The notes below the pieces were generated by a model. It saw only the letters and a list, made by a program, of their open reading frames with translations. It had not been told where the DNA came from and made no database searches. The position numbers were made by a program, and so were the translations under genes. A stretch of DNA of 61,097 nt, the filler included, from Platydemus manokwari (Eukaryota), in NCBI GenBank assembly GCA_037951405.1. It is 5 parts of 5 records of this genome, joined end to end, with 100 filler letters (N's around TTAATTAATTAA, not from the genome) between each part and the next. Parts side by side here need not be neighbours in the genome. Positions count along the whole stretch, not along the records: positions 39,210 to 51,467 come from JBBMOY010222229.1; positions 51,568 to 61,097 come from JBBMOY011236098.1; 3 more parts are not named here. One strand, written 5' to 3'. This document shows positions 39,335 through 53,657 of this stretch, piece by piece (positions within the stretch are counted from its first letter, which is position 1; each line of letters starts with the position of its first letter).

Positions 39335-40600
39335 GGAAATCGCTTCTGCATTGATGTGTTCTTTGCTTTGCTATATTTTATTTCCATTTCAAATATTTCC
39401 AGCTCTGCTTTCCATATACAATATTTTGATGTATTTGGAGAATCCTAATTCAGAAACTATTTCAGAACTACTTGATCAATTCTAACAATTAATTTCTTAC
39501 CATAAAGTCAATGCTTAAATTTTTTAACAAACACATAGATGGCTAGCAACTTTTTCTTGTTATACAATATTTACGCTGCGCTTTTGTCAATATTCTTGAT
39601 GCGTACGCTATCAATCATTCTTCACCGTTTTGTATTTGAGAAAGAACGGCTCCTATAGCATCGAAAGATGCATCAGTATCCAAAGCATATTCCCCTTCTT
39701 TGCGTGGTAAACTTAGAACTGGTGGTGAAATTAATGATGTTTTTAATTTGTGAACAGATCCAGATGCTAAATCGTTTCACTTAAATTTGCTATCTTTCTT
39801 CAGTAATTGGTATAGCTGTTGGGTAATACGCATAAAAATCCATTATAAACCGCATACAATCACCACATAATCCTATAAATTATTGTAGTACCTTGGCACA
39901 TCGAGGTTTTAACCAATTTTGTCTTACTCCAAGCTTGTCTTCATCTGTTCGCATGCCATTTTCGTTAATTACATATCTTAAATACTTAATTTCTTTTCTT
40001 AAGAAAAAACATTTATTTGGAGCCATTTTAACCCGCCCTATCGATTCGATTCAAAAATCTTTCCAACTTTTTATTGTGTTCATTGACAGTTCTTACAAAT
40101 ATCAGAATATCATCTAGATAAATTACGTAGTGTATTTCTGAAAATTCGCAGGTGCTGAACATAATCCAATGAGCATTCGATAAAAATGAAATTGGCCGTA
40201 TCAATTGCTGAATGCTGTTTATTCTTTTGCTTCTTCCTCCAATTCAACTTGATAATATCCGTTCGCAAAATCTATTGTTGAAAAATATCTGGTTCCTTGT
40301 ACACCATCGAATATTTCTTCGGAATTCGGTATATGAACAATTGGTCTGGACGTAGCTGCATTTAGCTTCCTATAATCTAAGCATTTTCTAGTCGTTGCAT
40401 TCTTTTTCCTAAGTAGCACTATTAAGAAACTCCATGCTGAATTACTTGGACTAATAACGTTTGATTTCAACATTCCATATATTAGATGTTTAACTTCTTT
40501 TCTAATCCTTATGGAATTCTACGAGGTTTGGCAGTTATTGGTTGATCAGTGTTTGTTTTGATACTATGCTTCACGATCTCGAATTTTCCTAATTCATCTG
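39335..40600 (-). mobile_element. Degenerate Ty3/gypsy LTR-retrotransposon pol (RT + RNase H)
   Basis: PITAKPRRIP, SPSNSAWS, RKCLDYRKLN, FSTIDFANGYYQV, VIYLDDIL (~40110), DTDASFDAIGAVLSQ, IAYASRILTKAQRKYCITRKKLLA; contains stops and frameshifts. Confidence 0.92.
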
Positions 40601-42923
40601 GACCTTACAAACTTTAGATTGAACATGGAGTTCTTGATAATATCAACCGATTCTTTAGTTACTTCCTTCAAGATATTTTATAATTTTTCGCTTATCTTCA
40701 ATTCAAAAAAAAATAAACAGACATGAATAACACTTTAATTTTTGTTACAAGACGATTCACTAAATTAAAAAATGTTTTGGTTATTTATCTCCTAAAACAC
40801 TGGTAAAAAATCGATTTGAAAAAAATATTAATTTTAAACCGAGTTATCTATTTATCCAATTTCGAAACTTATCACGTAAAATCTTTCGTTTTCTCATGTT
40901 TTACAAAGTCGTCAAATCAACGAGATTATCAGATTTACAATTTCCTTATGAAGATTGTCGAAGAAGCATTTCAGTTAGTTTCAATAATAAGGATAATAAA
41001 ATGGAAAGTACGTCGAGTTTGTTGAAATTGTCAAGATACATTTTCGGTCTGTGATTTCTACCTGGTTTTATAAAGTTGTTGGGATATTAATCAATAATTA
41101 TACCTGAAAACTCTATTACCCAAAATGTTGCAATTGTAATCTCAACAACTACAAGTAAACATCAACTCACAATGGTTATCACACAAGAATGATTACTAAA
41201 AATCACACAAAGATGAGTTTAACAAGTCAGCTACCGACCAAAAAAACTGGCAGTTATTGATGGAACTCAATCTCTTTTATGGACCTATCGGATATGACTG
41301 CTTGATGTTAGGGATCTTCGTTTTCCATTTGCTGAATGTGTTCATAGATCTGTCTTCTTGAAATTTTCCTCGTATCTCTCAGATATTTGAGCTTGCTGCC
41401 ATTTGTAGGTATGTGCCTGTCGATTCTTAGCTTCTAAATATGGATTAATATTAAGACAAATCTGGTTGGCTGACGGAACATGTGCTGATTAGATCTGTGT
41501 GTGTCGATCCGTTTCAGGATTATTTCATGTGGCTCCTGTAACCATTTTGATTGATTTGTGATTTACCCAATATAATGTTAGAAATTCTTTAATCATTATA
41601 TTATCCCTCTTAATTCTCAAGATTGTCGTTCTGATGATAATTAAAACATGTGAATTTCAAATTTCTCATGGATTTAATAAATATTTTATTTTAATTCCAA
41701 ACACAGCATTTAGTTTTTGATTTAAATTTATTAAATTTATTTATTAGAAAAAAATTCAAAAATATTTTATAGAAATACTCAATAAATTTGATTTGGAATT
41801 AGAAATCTGAAATAGTGGTCGTCAAACGTATTCATATTTACAATATTATATATTGAGATCTATCTTCTCTAAATATATTCTTGATTTCGTGAATAATGTA
41901 GATTATTAGTAAAGAATTTATTAAACAAGTTCCTATTGCCAGAACCGATTAAGTTAATCGGATCAAATTCGAATATGAGCTTGTAGAGTCTGTTTAACAT
42001 GAGTTTAAACGTTTTTAGCCTGATACACCCGTTAGTCTGATTTTTATTGATGCCAAATAACAGTGAAATACTTATTTAGTTATCGATTTCGCTTTGGATT
42101 TATCATCTACTTACTTGTGGTGGTCATATTTATGTAATATATAAGCAAAAACTTTGTGATAAAACTTTGGGTATTATATAGATTGGCTAACCGTTTTTTA
42201 CCAGTACCATTTTTCTGAAGGTTAAAGTTGATAATAAAAATTATTATGTCATTCTTTATAAATAAATAAAAATTATCTGCATATATTTGAGTTAGAAAAC
42301 ATGTCAAGGGTGGGAAATAATTTGCATCTATTTATTTCCAAATTATATTCTCGAATATGAATACATTTATTGAATTCATTATATATTTCAATTTCATTTA
42401 AGAGTTCTGATACTTTAAACATTAAAGATTTTACACAACCTACGCAGAAAAATTAAATTTATTTTACATAAATAAAATGAAAATAAAATGAAGTTAAATG
42501 AAGAAAAATACAAAGTATTCATCACCATAAATTTCAGTTTCAAAAACATTTTCAAGGTTCACAGAAATAAGTGCGGGATACGTTATACATGTTATTATTG
42601 CTTAATACTACTTAAAAATTTTAAAACAGTTTCATACTTATTTATCTTCATGATTCATAAGCTGAAATATAATTCTATGCAAGTACTTAACAATTTTAAG
42701 GTGAAAATAAATGAAAATCATTAAAAACATTACTAACTGAAACTTTTCAATAATCAAACTGGTTATGAAAAAATTTATATTTTAAATTGTAAATTAATTA
42801 CTGGGTTGAATCACTTAAATGTTTTCTAATAAGATTAGCAAAATTATTCTTTCGTCTTGACAACTTTGTTTTAAATAAAGTTATTTTTAAAATTCCTTGA
42901 AATTAAGTAATTATTTAAATGTT

Positions 42924-45900
42924 ATGGCTTCGGCTAATTTGAGCTCTGTTAAAACTTTACAAAAGGAGCTTAAAGAGTTAAAAGAAAATCCAGTGGAAGG
43001 ATTTATTGTTGATTTACTCACTGATGATAACTTATTTGAATGGCAAGTAGCTATATTCGGACCTCCAAAGACATTATACGAAGGGGGCTATTTTAAGGTA
43101 TCGGTGCAAAATTTAATTCTTCAAATTAATATATTTTACAGGCTGTTTTAACTTTTCCTTGTGATTATCCATATAGTCCTCCGTCAATGAAATTTATCAC
43201 TAAAATGTTTCATCCAAATATTTTTGAAGTATTAATATTTTTAACGATTATTTTCCATCATTAATTAGTTTTCAGAACGGTGATGTTTGTATTTCCATTC
43301 TTCACACACCAGGAGATGATCCTCAAAGTGGGGAACTGCCATCAGAGCGATGGAACCCCACTCAAAATGTCAGGTTGTTATTGTTTCGATACTATTTGTG
43401 AACTAATAGATTTCAATATTTATATTTTTAATTATAATAATTACTAAACAAAACAAAAAATTAGTTGTTCTAAACACCGCTTTGTATCAGATTCGATATA
43501 ATATTCGGTCTTATCAAAGGTTTATTTTTATCAATGAAAAACCTTTGCTTTATCTCGGCCATGTTTCTTGATTTGAACAGATAATTTCAATTTATTAATC
43601 AATAAATATGCTTATCGGACATTTTCTATTTGAATTTTTTATTATAATCATATTGTAAAATTGTATTATTTTATATGAAATCCTTTATTTAATTCAATCT
43701 CAATCTGGAAATAACAAGCCAATAATCAACTATTTGAGAGAATCTTTCCATTAGACATCCGATAATACGTAAAAGAATTGTTATTAATAAGTAAATTTTT
43801 AGAGAAGAAATAAAATTATTTGTATCTAGACAAAATTTAATAAATCATTTATAAGTAATTTTTCGGCTACCCTCAACGCTAAATTCAGTATAAAAATGCT
43901 CATCCTGAAAGACAGTTACCAGATTAAAGATTGATTTTAATAAAAACAGAATGATTTTTAACCCCCCCCCTCCATCAATTTTAATGAATATTTTACAGCT
44001 TTGATCTGATTAAATACAATCATCAGTTTATTGAAAATAATTATCAGTGCGCAAATGATTTATAAAGTAGATTTTTTTAATGGGAAAAAGACAAGAGGCA
44101 ACTTAATGTATCGAGATTTACCGCCTCCCCCATGTGTATATTTTAGCTACTTTAATCAAAGATGATTCAATAATTTAAAAAAAAGCAGATATGGTTGATA
44201 AAACCCCATCAATTACTGGATAAATGGTGAATAAAAAGTCATTTAAAACCGATAAAAATTGCTTACACTTATTAGTGGTTTTTGTCATCAATCATCATAA
44301 TTAGACATATAGAAACTGTAAAATTGACCACTTATTTCAGGTAAATTGTAATAAAATCTTTTATCATTAATCCAAACCAATTAAATCACATTTATTAAAG
44401 TGATATTAAAAATTTCACAAAACAAAATTTTAAGAATTATTGATTTTAAAGGATTGATAATGAAATAAATTGCTGGTAATCTATAGTTGATAATGATTGG
44501 ATTTTAGATATGTGATATTAAGCGAATCTGACGATATAAGCTTTGTAATTTATGAGTTGCGAAATTTTATGAAATAATTTAAAAATTAAAACATAAAATT
44601 TTATGGGTCAAATTAGATTCCCATGTTCGTTGGATTATTGTTTGATGCGATTTCTTTATGATAATTATAAATAATCTATTTGTTATTTGATTTATGCGAT
44701 ATATTTATGCATTTCAAGCTCATTTTTCTAACGAATTCAAATAATTGCGCATAATTGTCTACACGTATTAACCTCACATGTTTTTTGTGTTTTATGGTTT
44801 TTGAGATTTGTTTTTTGTAATATGCTTAAAGAGTTTTTCAGTGAATTTCATTGAATTTTTAATTTCAATGATATTAGATTGATTATAAGGACGTAAAAGT
44901 AATTTTCAATTAAAAATGTTTTTTCGCTGTTGTTTGCTCATTGACGCCCACATAAATTTCTCCATATTAAGGGGATATCTAAAATACCAAGAAGTACAAT
45001 TTTTATTTCTATAAAAACGATTCAACTCTGTTAAAAAAGCTTGGAATTCTTAAATTTTGCCATTTTATTTTTCTATTTCATTAATTAGTACTGTATTATA
45101 AAAGATCGGTGAGATATAAAATATCTATTTTAATTGTTTAATATATAATATCATTTGTTAATAGAAAATGATTTTTCTTAAGAAAATATAATTATTTGGT
45201 TTAATTATTATTAAAATAATTAAAACTCAAATGAAAATTTAAAATAATTTCTGTTTTTCAATCGAATATACAAAAGAATTTACGAACCAAATAAAATTTA
45301 TAATCTTACCAAGAGATTGTATATATTATATATATTAATTTGATAGTAAATAAATTTCAATTCTCAGCAATCTTTTAATACAGAAATTGAATTAGAATTA
45401 AAATATATTTTAATAATTCAAAAATATTATGTGGGCGTTATTTTACAAAGGAAGCATTTTTATGTCATTGAATACAATCTATCCAATGAAAAATTATATA
45501 ATTCTTTTAAATGATTATGTAATTTATCAAATTATTAAAATTAATCATCGTTAGATAATCAGGATCCTTTGGGTTTCATAAAATATTTGATCGATTGTGT
45601 TCATTGTTTTCCGAACACTTAAGATGTACAGCCGTTCTATATTTATAAGTTAAATTTTAATCTTTTTTTTTACCGAAGACATGAAAACTTTAACATATGA
45701 TTTATTTACACCGAATGAGTTAATTATTCTGCACTTTGAGTAAAAACTTTGAATGTTTTCCACTTTTTAAGTTAATTTATTTGTGACCTGAGTCAATGAT
45801 GTTATTATTGGTATAACTTTTGGGATATTCGGTTTGGAAAGCATTGTATTAGCAGATTTTTCATTAAAATACGTTTAAAATAAATATAATTGGTTGTAAT

Positions 45901-47368
45901 TTGCTAGTATATATCAATATATGATATAACTATTTTTGGTGAACATGTTCTTGATATTAACATGAATTCTTGTTACTTTCGGAGAAAATTGAAATCATGA
46001 ATTAACATGGGATTATTTGTATTTTTAATCACTTAATATTTTAAAATAAAGCTTGAATAAAATGGCTATTTCGGTTTTTTCTTCCTCTTTTATACAGATA
46101 AAATAATTTACTTACATGAACATTTTTTCTTATCTAAATGATTTCTTAGAAAATTTTATATTTTTTGTATACATTTAGAACAATTCTGCTCAGTGTTATT
46201 TCTATGCTTAATGAACCAAATATCAATTCAGCGGCACATGTTGATGCTTCAGTGTCATTCAGGAAATGGCAGGAATCAAATGGTCATGAGAAAAATTACG
46301 AATGTATGGTTAGGTGAGTTTGAATTTCGTTTGTTGTTGCTTATGACAGAAGATTGCTACTTATTGTTTTATATTTTCTCGATTTTGAACCAGGAATCAT
46401 AGATAATTTCTTACCTTATGTGTAGATATTGAAATTCTATTCCTCTCAATGATTTTAATCATTAAAAAGAAATATATTTCAGATAAATTTTAAAAAGAAT
46501 TTATTTTTATTGAAAAAGTTTCCCTATTCTTCCTTTTATATAATAATAAAATGTATCAGCTGATTCGAACCCTTCAATAAATGAATTTTCGAGTTGATAA
46601 ATTTGACATGGATAATATGAATAAGTCATTTCAAAACCTGTGTATCAGCGAACCGTTTAATATGAATATTTTTCAGTCATATGATATTGTGAGAATTATT
46701 GATTTTGAAATATTTCAAAACACACACACATTTATAACTTAAAATTATTCTAATCAAGAAGGACATTATTTAAAACTCTGAGATTTGGTTTGAAAATTTG
46801 TGTATTAAAAATCTATTATTTGTGGATTTAATTATGAATAATTTAAATGATATCGCTACATTTAACATCGATTTTTCAATTCTGAACTCAAATATGAATA
46901 ACAGTTTTGATAAAATACACCTTTAGATATCAAAAATAAAGATAATTTATGATTCTCTAATACTGTTTTATTCATTTATTTATGATGATTAGTTAATTCT
47001 ATAAGAGAATATGAAAAATATTTCCATTATATGGTGATTGAATTGCAAACATATTTTATATTTACTATATATGACAGGCATTTTTGCTACAAGATATTTG
47101 CTTAAAACTTTAGTCGTTTTTTATGATTTCCAGGCATCTCGTATTCTTAACAAAAGCTGATGCGGAAAAGGACAAGGTAAAAGTACCAACAACATTGGAA
47201 GAATATTGTGGATCTGGTGGTGCAAATAATCGACGATCTGAATTAACTGATCCTTGTGATTATAATGATTATTTAACACCAGATTATGATGACGATGATG
47301 ATGATGATGTTGATTTTGAGGAATTATATGATGATGCTAATAATGTAGAATATCGTAGTAACAGCTGA
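42924..47368 (+). CDS. UBE2R2: Ubiquitin-conjugating enzyme E2 R (CDC34/UBE2R2), complete, 5 exons, ~242 aa
   Basis: Exons 42924-43097, 43142-43228, 43276-43373, 46179-46313, 47134-47368. Motifs: WQVAIFGPPKTLYEGGYFKA, HPNIFENGDVCISILH (catalytic Cys), the CDC34 acidic loop DDPQSGELPSERWNPTQNVRTILLSVIS, VKVPTTLEEYC, and an acidic tail. Confidence 0.96.
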
Positions 47369-49343
47369 GATAAATATTCGCCATGTGTGATATTGCCTTA
47401 TTTATATACATATATATACATGTTACTCTTATGAATGTGTTGATTGGATCATCTTGTTAATGATTGTACAAAACTGGATTAACTCTCAACTGTCATTACT
47501 ATTAGCGGTGGGCATCAGAATGTGAGACTATTCCTATCCATAATATTGGATTAGTCAACTATCGCTAGTAGTAGTAGTTGTTAGTAGCTTATTTTCTAAT
47601 CTTGTTTGAATTTCTATCATTTTCTAGATCTGATTTATTTGAGTAATTAAATTTGATTAATCAGCTGTCCATACAATTTATTCCTCCTATTTCAGTGACA
47701 TGACGCAATGTATTTATTCAGTACAGCTATTTTGGGTATTTTGGTCAATAGATGTGGCGAATATTAAATGTTTATATTGAGCTCTGTCACACAATATTTT
47801 CATATGTTCTGATTTATTTTTGGATTGTCGAACAGTGTCTAATGGTTGTTAATGGGATTATTAATAAATGTTGCTGAATTGTTTATTCTCTTTTACTACC
47901 GATTGTGCGATCTGATATATTTGTATTTGATATCATTCTTTTATATAAAAGTCGATAATTTCATATAATGACGTGTGACAATTTCATTGGTTATTGTCAT
48001 TGGAATATTTTTATTGAATTTATTATGAATGCACGCGGGAATACATGAACTGATATAAATTATTTTCGTTATTAGTGTGTTGCGTTTGTCAAAATATAGA
48101 TATTAAATAAAGAGAATTATCAAAACGGGAATTTATTTAAAATATATCTTTTTCTCATAAAATTGATTTGTATCGTATCAGAATAATTGTTTCTTATCGT
48201 ATTTTAAGCTCAATTGCAAAAAATAATTCTTTTAGATAATTTTGTGATTGAAAGTGCTTATATCAGTCGTGTTTCGGTCGTTAGCGGCAATCATTATCTA
48301 AGATCATAGACATGATTGAAAACAATATTTTTTGCACGTATTTTTTCATTTAGATGTTATCAAGTATGGAGATATCAACTATTTGAAATATTAGTTTAAT
48401 TCACTAAAAACAAATTCAAATGAAACAAATTCATTATTAAAAATAACATGTTTATAATAGAACCATTACAAAATGAAACATTTTTAATAAAATCATAACA
48501 GATTAAGAATCACATGTTAAAAATCTTCAATTTTTCAAGAGTAATCAACGAATAATTATAACAGAATAAAACATGTTAATCATAACAAATCAAGCTAACT
48601 TATGTTAGAAAATGTTGAAAAATGAGAACAATTATAATAAAATTAACAATTTTTTGAAGAGTAGATGTTACAGAAATGTTAGAACATCCAAGCTAAGTTT
48701 GTTGTTAAAATGTAGAAAAATGCAAGCAATTATAATAAAAAGAACAAATAATGAGTTATAAATGACAATTTCTAAGTTGCTATGACAACTTACCAAGATG
48801 TTAGAGAAACTAAACCAACATCCAAACAGAATAAACACAATATAAACAAACAAAAACAGCAAAAAAATAGTATAAAAGCAAAAGTAAATCAGATAAAATT
48901 GCGCAAGTAAATTCGTATCTCGTCAGCCACATTATGAGTCATTTGTACTTATTATAATTCATATTTAATATTAGTAATGCTCGGAAGGGATTATTTATTC
49001 GAAAAATTTCAACGTCAAAGTTCTCAAAGATAATTTGAGTTTATACGTCTACATACCTTCTTTTGTCACTAGAGTTGGGTAACAATAGTTTCCAACACTG
49101 GTTTTTCAATCACAGCGTTAATTATTTAAAATCAGTAAAACTAAAAAGCATTTCGCATTATGAATTATTGTGTTTAATTCATTCAATAAAAATTATCGAT
49201 TTCAATGGCTATTTTTGTCTATACATATTCATATAATATAAACTCGAATATTTAGACACACAAACTACGCTGTCGGCACTGTGACGAGTCAGATATTGGT
49301 GGAATTATCTAACCAAATATATACCCTCACAATTAATAAAGTA

Positions 49344-50540
49344 TCATTGACAACACCGAATCCCATCAGCATCCTGTAATAAATTAAGAATCATTATCGC
49401 TAATTCAATCGAGCTACTTTGTTTGAACTTTTTGGAAAGCAGTCTATACTCGGACTGTGAAGAAAAAGTAAATTTTTGATTGAATGAATGGTAAGAATAA
49501 ACTTGAATTGGTAAGAATATACTTGAATAAGCAAGGATTCTAATTTTAAAAACTTTATGCGCTCATTTTAATGTGCAACAAGAAGACTGTGGTGTTGGTT
49601 TATATTTTGTGAATTTGATAACGTTTTTATTTCTATTATTGGATTCATTTGTTGACACTTTAGTGCAATTTTTTATTTTATTTTTAGTAAATTATGATAT
49701 ATTAAGTAACATATGTTTCTATTTTTATATACATGTTTATTTATGACAACAAAGCTTTGGGTTTCTATATAAGTGTTAAATATCAACACCTCCAGTTCAC
49801 TTTTCGATAACGATTCAGTTCCAAATATAGTTATTATCATAGTAACAGTGTCTTTTGTATTTCTATATCATGCCTATTTATGTCAATAAAAAACCAATCC
49901 AATATTTGATCCAACAACAATTTATATAAAATAGCACAGTTATAAATTACAATCAATTGATAAAAGCAACCTTGAATTAAATTCATTTATGAGATACTCG
50001 GCTTCTTCGAATGGTTTGATGTGATAACTCTTCAAGTTAATAATAACAATAACAAATCAATCACAAGCACAATTTATTCATTTTTGTTTATCGCACAAGT
50101 ACTCGACTTTAGCTCACACATGTTACATGGAAATTTACTCAAATCATTCTCAATATATCGATTTTATGGTATAATAGGTTACATCTGATGGAGAAGCTTT
50201 CAGATTATAAGTAATCAATAATCTTGACCGATTACTGATCACAAGTTTAGCTGCAAATAATCTCTCGTAATCATGAATCCAATGACTGCTAAGCAGTGAA
50301 ATATTCGAATATTTAGTTTCGATTTGTCGACGAATTTTATTAGAGCTGATTTTCCCAATCACTTCAATTTTCGTTTCAATTTTGTTGTCCGAATATGGTT
50401 CAAGTACAATCCAACTCACTGTTAGAATTGTTCTAAAGCTGTTCAAGTGTTTTTAAAATAGCAAAATCATCAAGTGCTATTATTAACACTGAACTCTGTG
50501 TTCATATTGAACTTCACACATCAACTCCAAATGATTATTT
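49344..50540 (-). CDS. Putative multi-exon gene of unknown function (tentative structure)
   Basis: A 98-aa ORF (50150-50446) is flanked by exon-like open segments separated by 44-51-nt GT-AG gaps, with good acceptors such as ttttcttcacag near 49455. No domain was recognised. Confidence 0.3.
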
Positions 50541-51349
50541 CTATCGATTTTTCATTGTTTTGTTGTTAAATAATCAATAATTTTTAAATAATCAATTTCT
50601 CTAATTGTGATTTTTTTTAATAATTAATTTTATGAATAATTATATATAAATTATATATAATTAAATATAAATTATAAATAATTATAAATAATTATATAAA
50701 TATAAATTTTTAATTAAATGATTTTTCATATTTTGTATTTCTTTGTTGGTAATTAAATTATTCTGGTTTTTTATTATTGATTGATTTCTTATTTTATATT
50801 GCTCAAATACGCGTGCGGTTGAATTATATTTATTCTCATTTATTATCGTATTATGTTATCATTTATCATTCATTATTTCTGTAGTCATTTATTGTTGAAT
50901 TTTATCATAAATGATTCATCACATTTCATTAAGCATTCCAAAATGCTATCGAAAGAAAATCACAACCCACGACAAAGCGTTCACACACTAAATTATTCAA
51001 GTCCAGTAATTATTAGCATTGAATCGGATCGAAAATCACAATTGTTGTATTTTCATAATCGACACCCAATTCCAATTCAAGCCGGTTATTAAAATTTTCT
51101 GTTATGTGAAATGAATTTCACTCTCCAGTGTGCAATATCTTGGGAAATTTCTTGATCAAGCAATATTTTTAAAGATTTGTTTGAATTGGTAGTGGGAAAG
51201 ATAGGACTATAATTAAATGTTCCTCCAAAATATTCCACTTGGATAATTTGAATTTATAATTAAAGGATTTTCTAATTTCAATTTCAATGTTACTGAATCC
51301 AATTGGGATAGTATCGCCATTAATAAGAAGGTGGGGAACAGTAAAGCTA

Positions 51350-51467
51350 TTTTTGATGTGTTTTGGGGTTGCACTTATTTTATTTGTATAATCAGTCTCT
51401 ATATTAGTTTTACTTGTGGATCAAAGCTGACTTGATCAGTCTCCGTGAGCTCTGACCAACCCCTTAA
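51350..51467 (-). mobile_element. Second copy of the TTAA|GGGG transposon end, terminating the contig
   Basis: Reverse-complement match to 11778-11895; the contig ends exactly at ...CCCC TTAA. Confidence 0.55.
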
Positions 51468-51567
51468 NNNNNNNNNNNNNNNNNNNNNNNNNNNNNNNNN
51501 NNNNNNNNNNNTTAATTAATTAANNNNNNNNNNNNNNNNNNNNNNNNNNNNNNNNNNNNNNNNNNNN
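51468..51567. other. Artificial contig spacer
   Basis: 44 N + TTAATTAATTAA + 44 N. Confidence 0.98.
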
Positions 51568-51599
51568 CAGCGTTATAACAATTTGTGTTAATAAAATAC

Positions 51600-53657
51600 C
51601 TGCATAAAAACATGAATAACTTTTGACTCAACCTGGTATTTTAATAGGTAAATAAATTTGAAATTGAACAAAACCCAACCTTCAAAAGCCTGGTTATGCC
51701 TTAAAAATGATTGAATGGATTCCATATTACTACCCATGCAGACTATCAATGGTGGATTAACTAATGGGCTACCATCGAATTTAAATTTCACTTTATTGGA
51801 GAACATTGTTAAACTAAATGGTAATTCAGTAAGTTGATTATTGCTTACATCTACTTTTTCCAATTTGCTAGCATTGTGCAGATTAGACGGTAGCTCCTTT
51901 AGGATATTTTTTGACATATTAAGAACTTTTAAATTTTGTAATTCCATAATCATTGGAGGTATAGTTAAGAAATTGTTATTTGAAAAATCTACTTCCGTTA
52001 ATCTCCAAAGATTCTTGATTTCTGCAGGTAAAGTATTTATTTTTTTCCCTTCTGACTGGTTGAATTTTAAAGTTCGTATACTATCGTGAATGCAAAGTTC
52101 AACTGGAAATTCGTCAAAGTTATTGTTGGACAAATCAATGGTACGTAGTTCTTCCCATTTTGTCGTGCTATTTGTGAAAGTACTGATAAAATTAAAAGAT
52201 AAATTTAAATATTTCAAATATCGCAATTGAAAAATTGCAGGCGAAATGCAGTCTAATTCATTGTTTGATAGATCCAGTCTATTTAGAAATGTCATCCAAC
52301 TGATAGAATCACAAATCGTATTGATCTTATTATTATTGAGATACAATTCAGATAAATATGACAATTGACCAGAACATCCCGGAAATATTACAATTTTATT
52401 GAATGACAGATTAAGTGTTCTCAATTGTTTCAAAGAGAAGATTGCCGGTGGTATCTGCCAAAGATTGTTATGACTGAAATCCAATGTTACCAAATTCGAT
52501 AAAAGACAAATATGAATTGGTATCAATTCAAATCGATTTTTATTCAAAGAAAGGTGCTTTAAATTGCAAAAGACTGTGACATTACTTGGTAGTTCAGTCA
52601 TCCAATTTTCCCCTGCTCTTAGTTCAACCAAATCACAACAGAAATACAAACCAACTGGAAATTCTTTCAATTGACATCCAGAAATATTCAACTTGACAAA
52701 TCGATGTATCTTCATCAAACTCTGAGGAAAAAAATTAACATTATTTCCCTGAATATTAAAACTTTTTAATTTCGTCCAATATCCCATTTCGTAAGGGATA
52801 TATTCAATGTGATTATAGGAGAAATCCAATTCTGCTAGATTTTGTAATTTGACCAACTCTACAGGAATGAAATTTAAATCATTGTTTGACAATGATAAAT
52901 GAGTCAGTTCAACACATTCATAGATCTGGCTGGGAATAAATTGAAATTCATTACTATCTAATTTAAGAGTTGTCAGAGCCTTAACCCAATAAATAGGCAA
53001 ATGACTCAGTTGATTATTTGATGCTTCAATAGTTGTCAAAAATTCTAAATATTGAATGCTACTTGGAATCGTAACAATTTCATTTGAATTTAATAACAGA
53101 ACTTTCAACTTCTTCAATAAACCGATTTCTTCTGGTAAAAAGGTTATCTGATTGAAACTGACATTTAAATATTCCAATTCTTTTAAATTGAAAATATTCA
53201 AAGGTATATCTTTCAAAAGGTTCTGGCTCAAATTGAGATAAGTTAAATGAAATAAATTTTCAATTTCCGGAGGTATATTTTCCAATTTGTTATGTGAAAA
53301 GTCTAGGCTATTTAATGTTCGAGTATGAAAACAATTGATGTTTATGGTTTTCAAGAAATTGTTTTTCATAAACAAATGTTGCAATTTGGATAGATTAATT
53401 ATTGTGTCTGGTATTTCTGACAACTTGTTATTTGATAAATTTAATAATTGTACATCTTTTTCGGTGAAAATATCGTCGGGGAATTGGTAAAGATTTTGAG
53501 AAATATAAATCAAACAATTTAATTCTCGATATTGAAATATCCCTTCACCAGAAGAATGAAAACGCCTGTAAACAAAATGAAAAAGGTGAATTTTAAATAT
53601 TTACACTTACTGGCAATAAGAATGAATATTATTCGATATCAATTCTTCAGGCTCCAT
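51600..53657 (-). CDS. LRRD1: Long LRR protein, LRRD1-like (LRR and death domain protein), probably 3'-partial
   Basis: Exon 1 is 53657-53611 (ATG...CA|gtaagt), followed by a 45-nt intron and a large exon from 53565 with more than 20 LxxLxLxxNxL repeats. The NQxxGKK insertion and FDGSPLVNPPxxVCxG cap resemble LRRD1. A small next exon lies at 51632-51600. Confidence 0.72.

Noticed and set aside
43506-43516. cggtcttatc resembling a planarian spliced-leader fragment; aagattagca (37224, 42831) resembling U6
   Set aside because: Only ~10-nt matches with no flanking similarity; expected by chance.
16753-53657. SHOC2 and LRRD1-like genes as an LRR cluster, or 51089-51206 as the last LRRD1 exon
   Set aside because: They lie on different contigs separated by artificial spacers, so linkage is unsupported, and the peptide is not recognisably a death domain.
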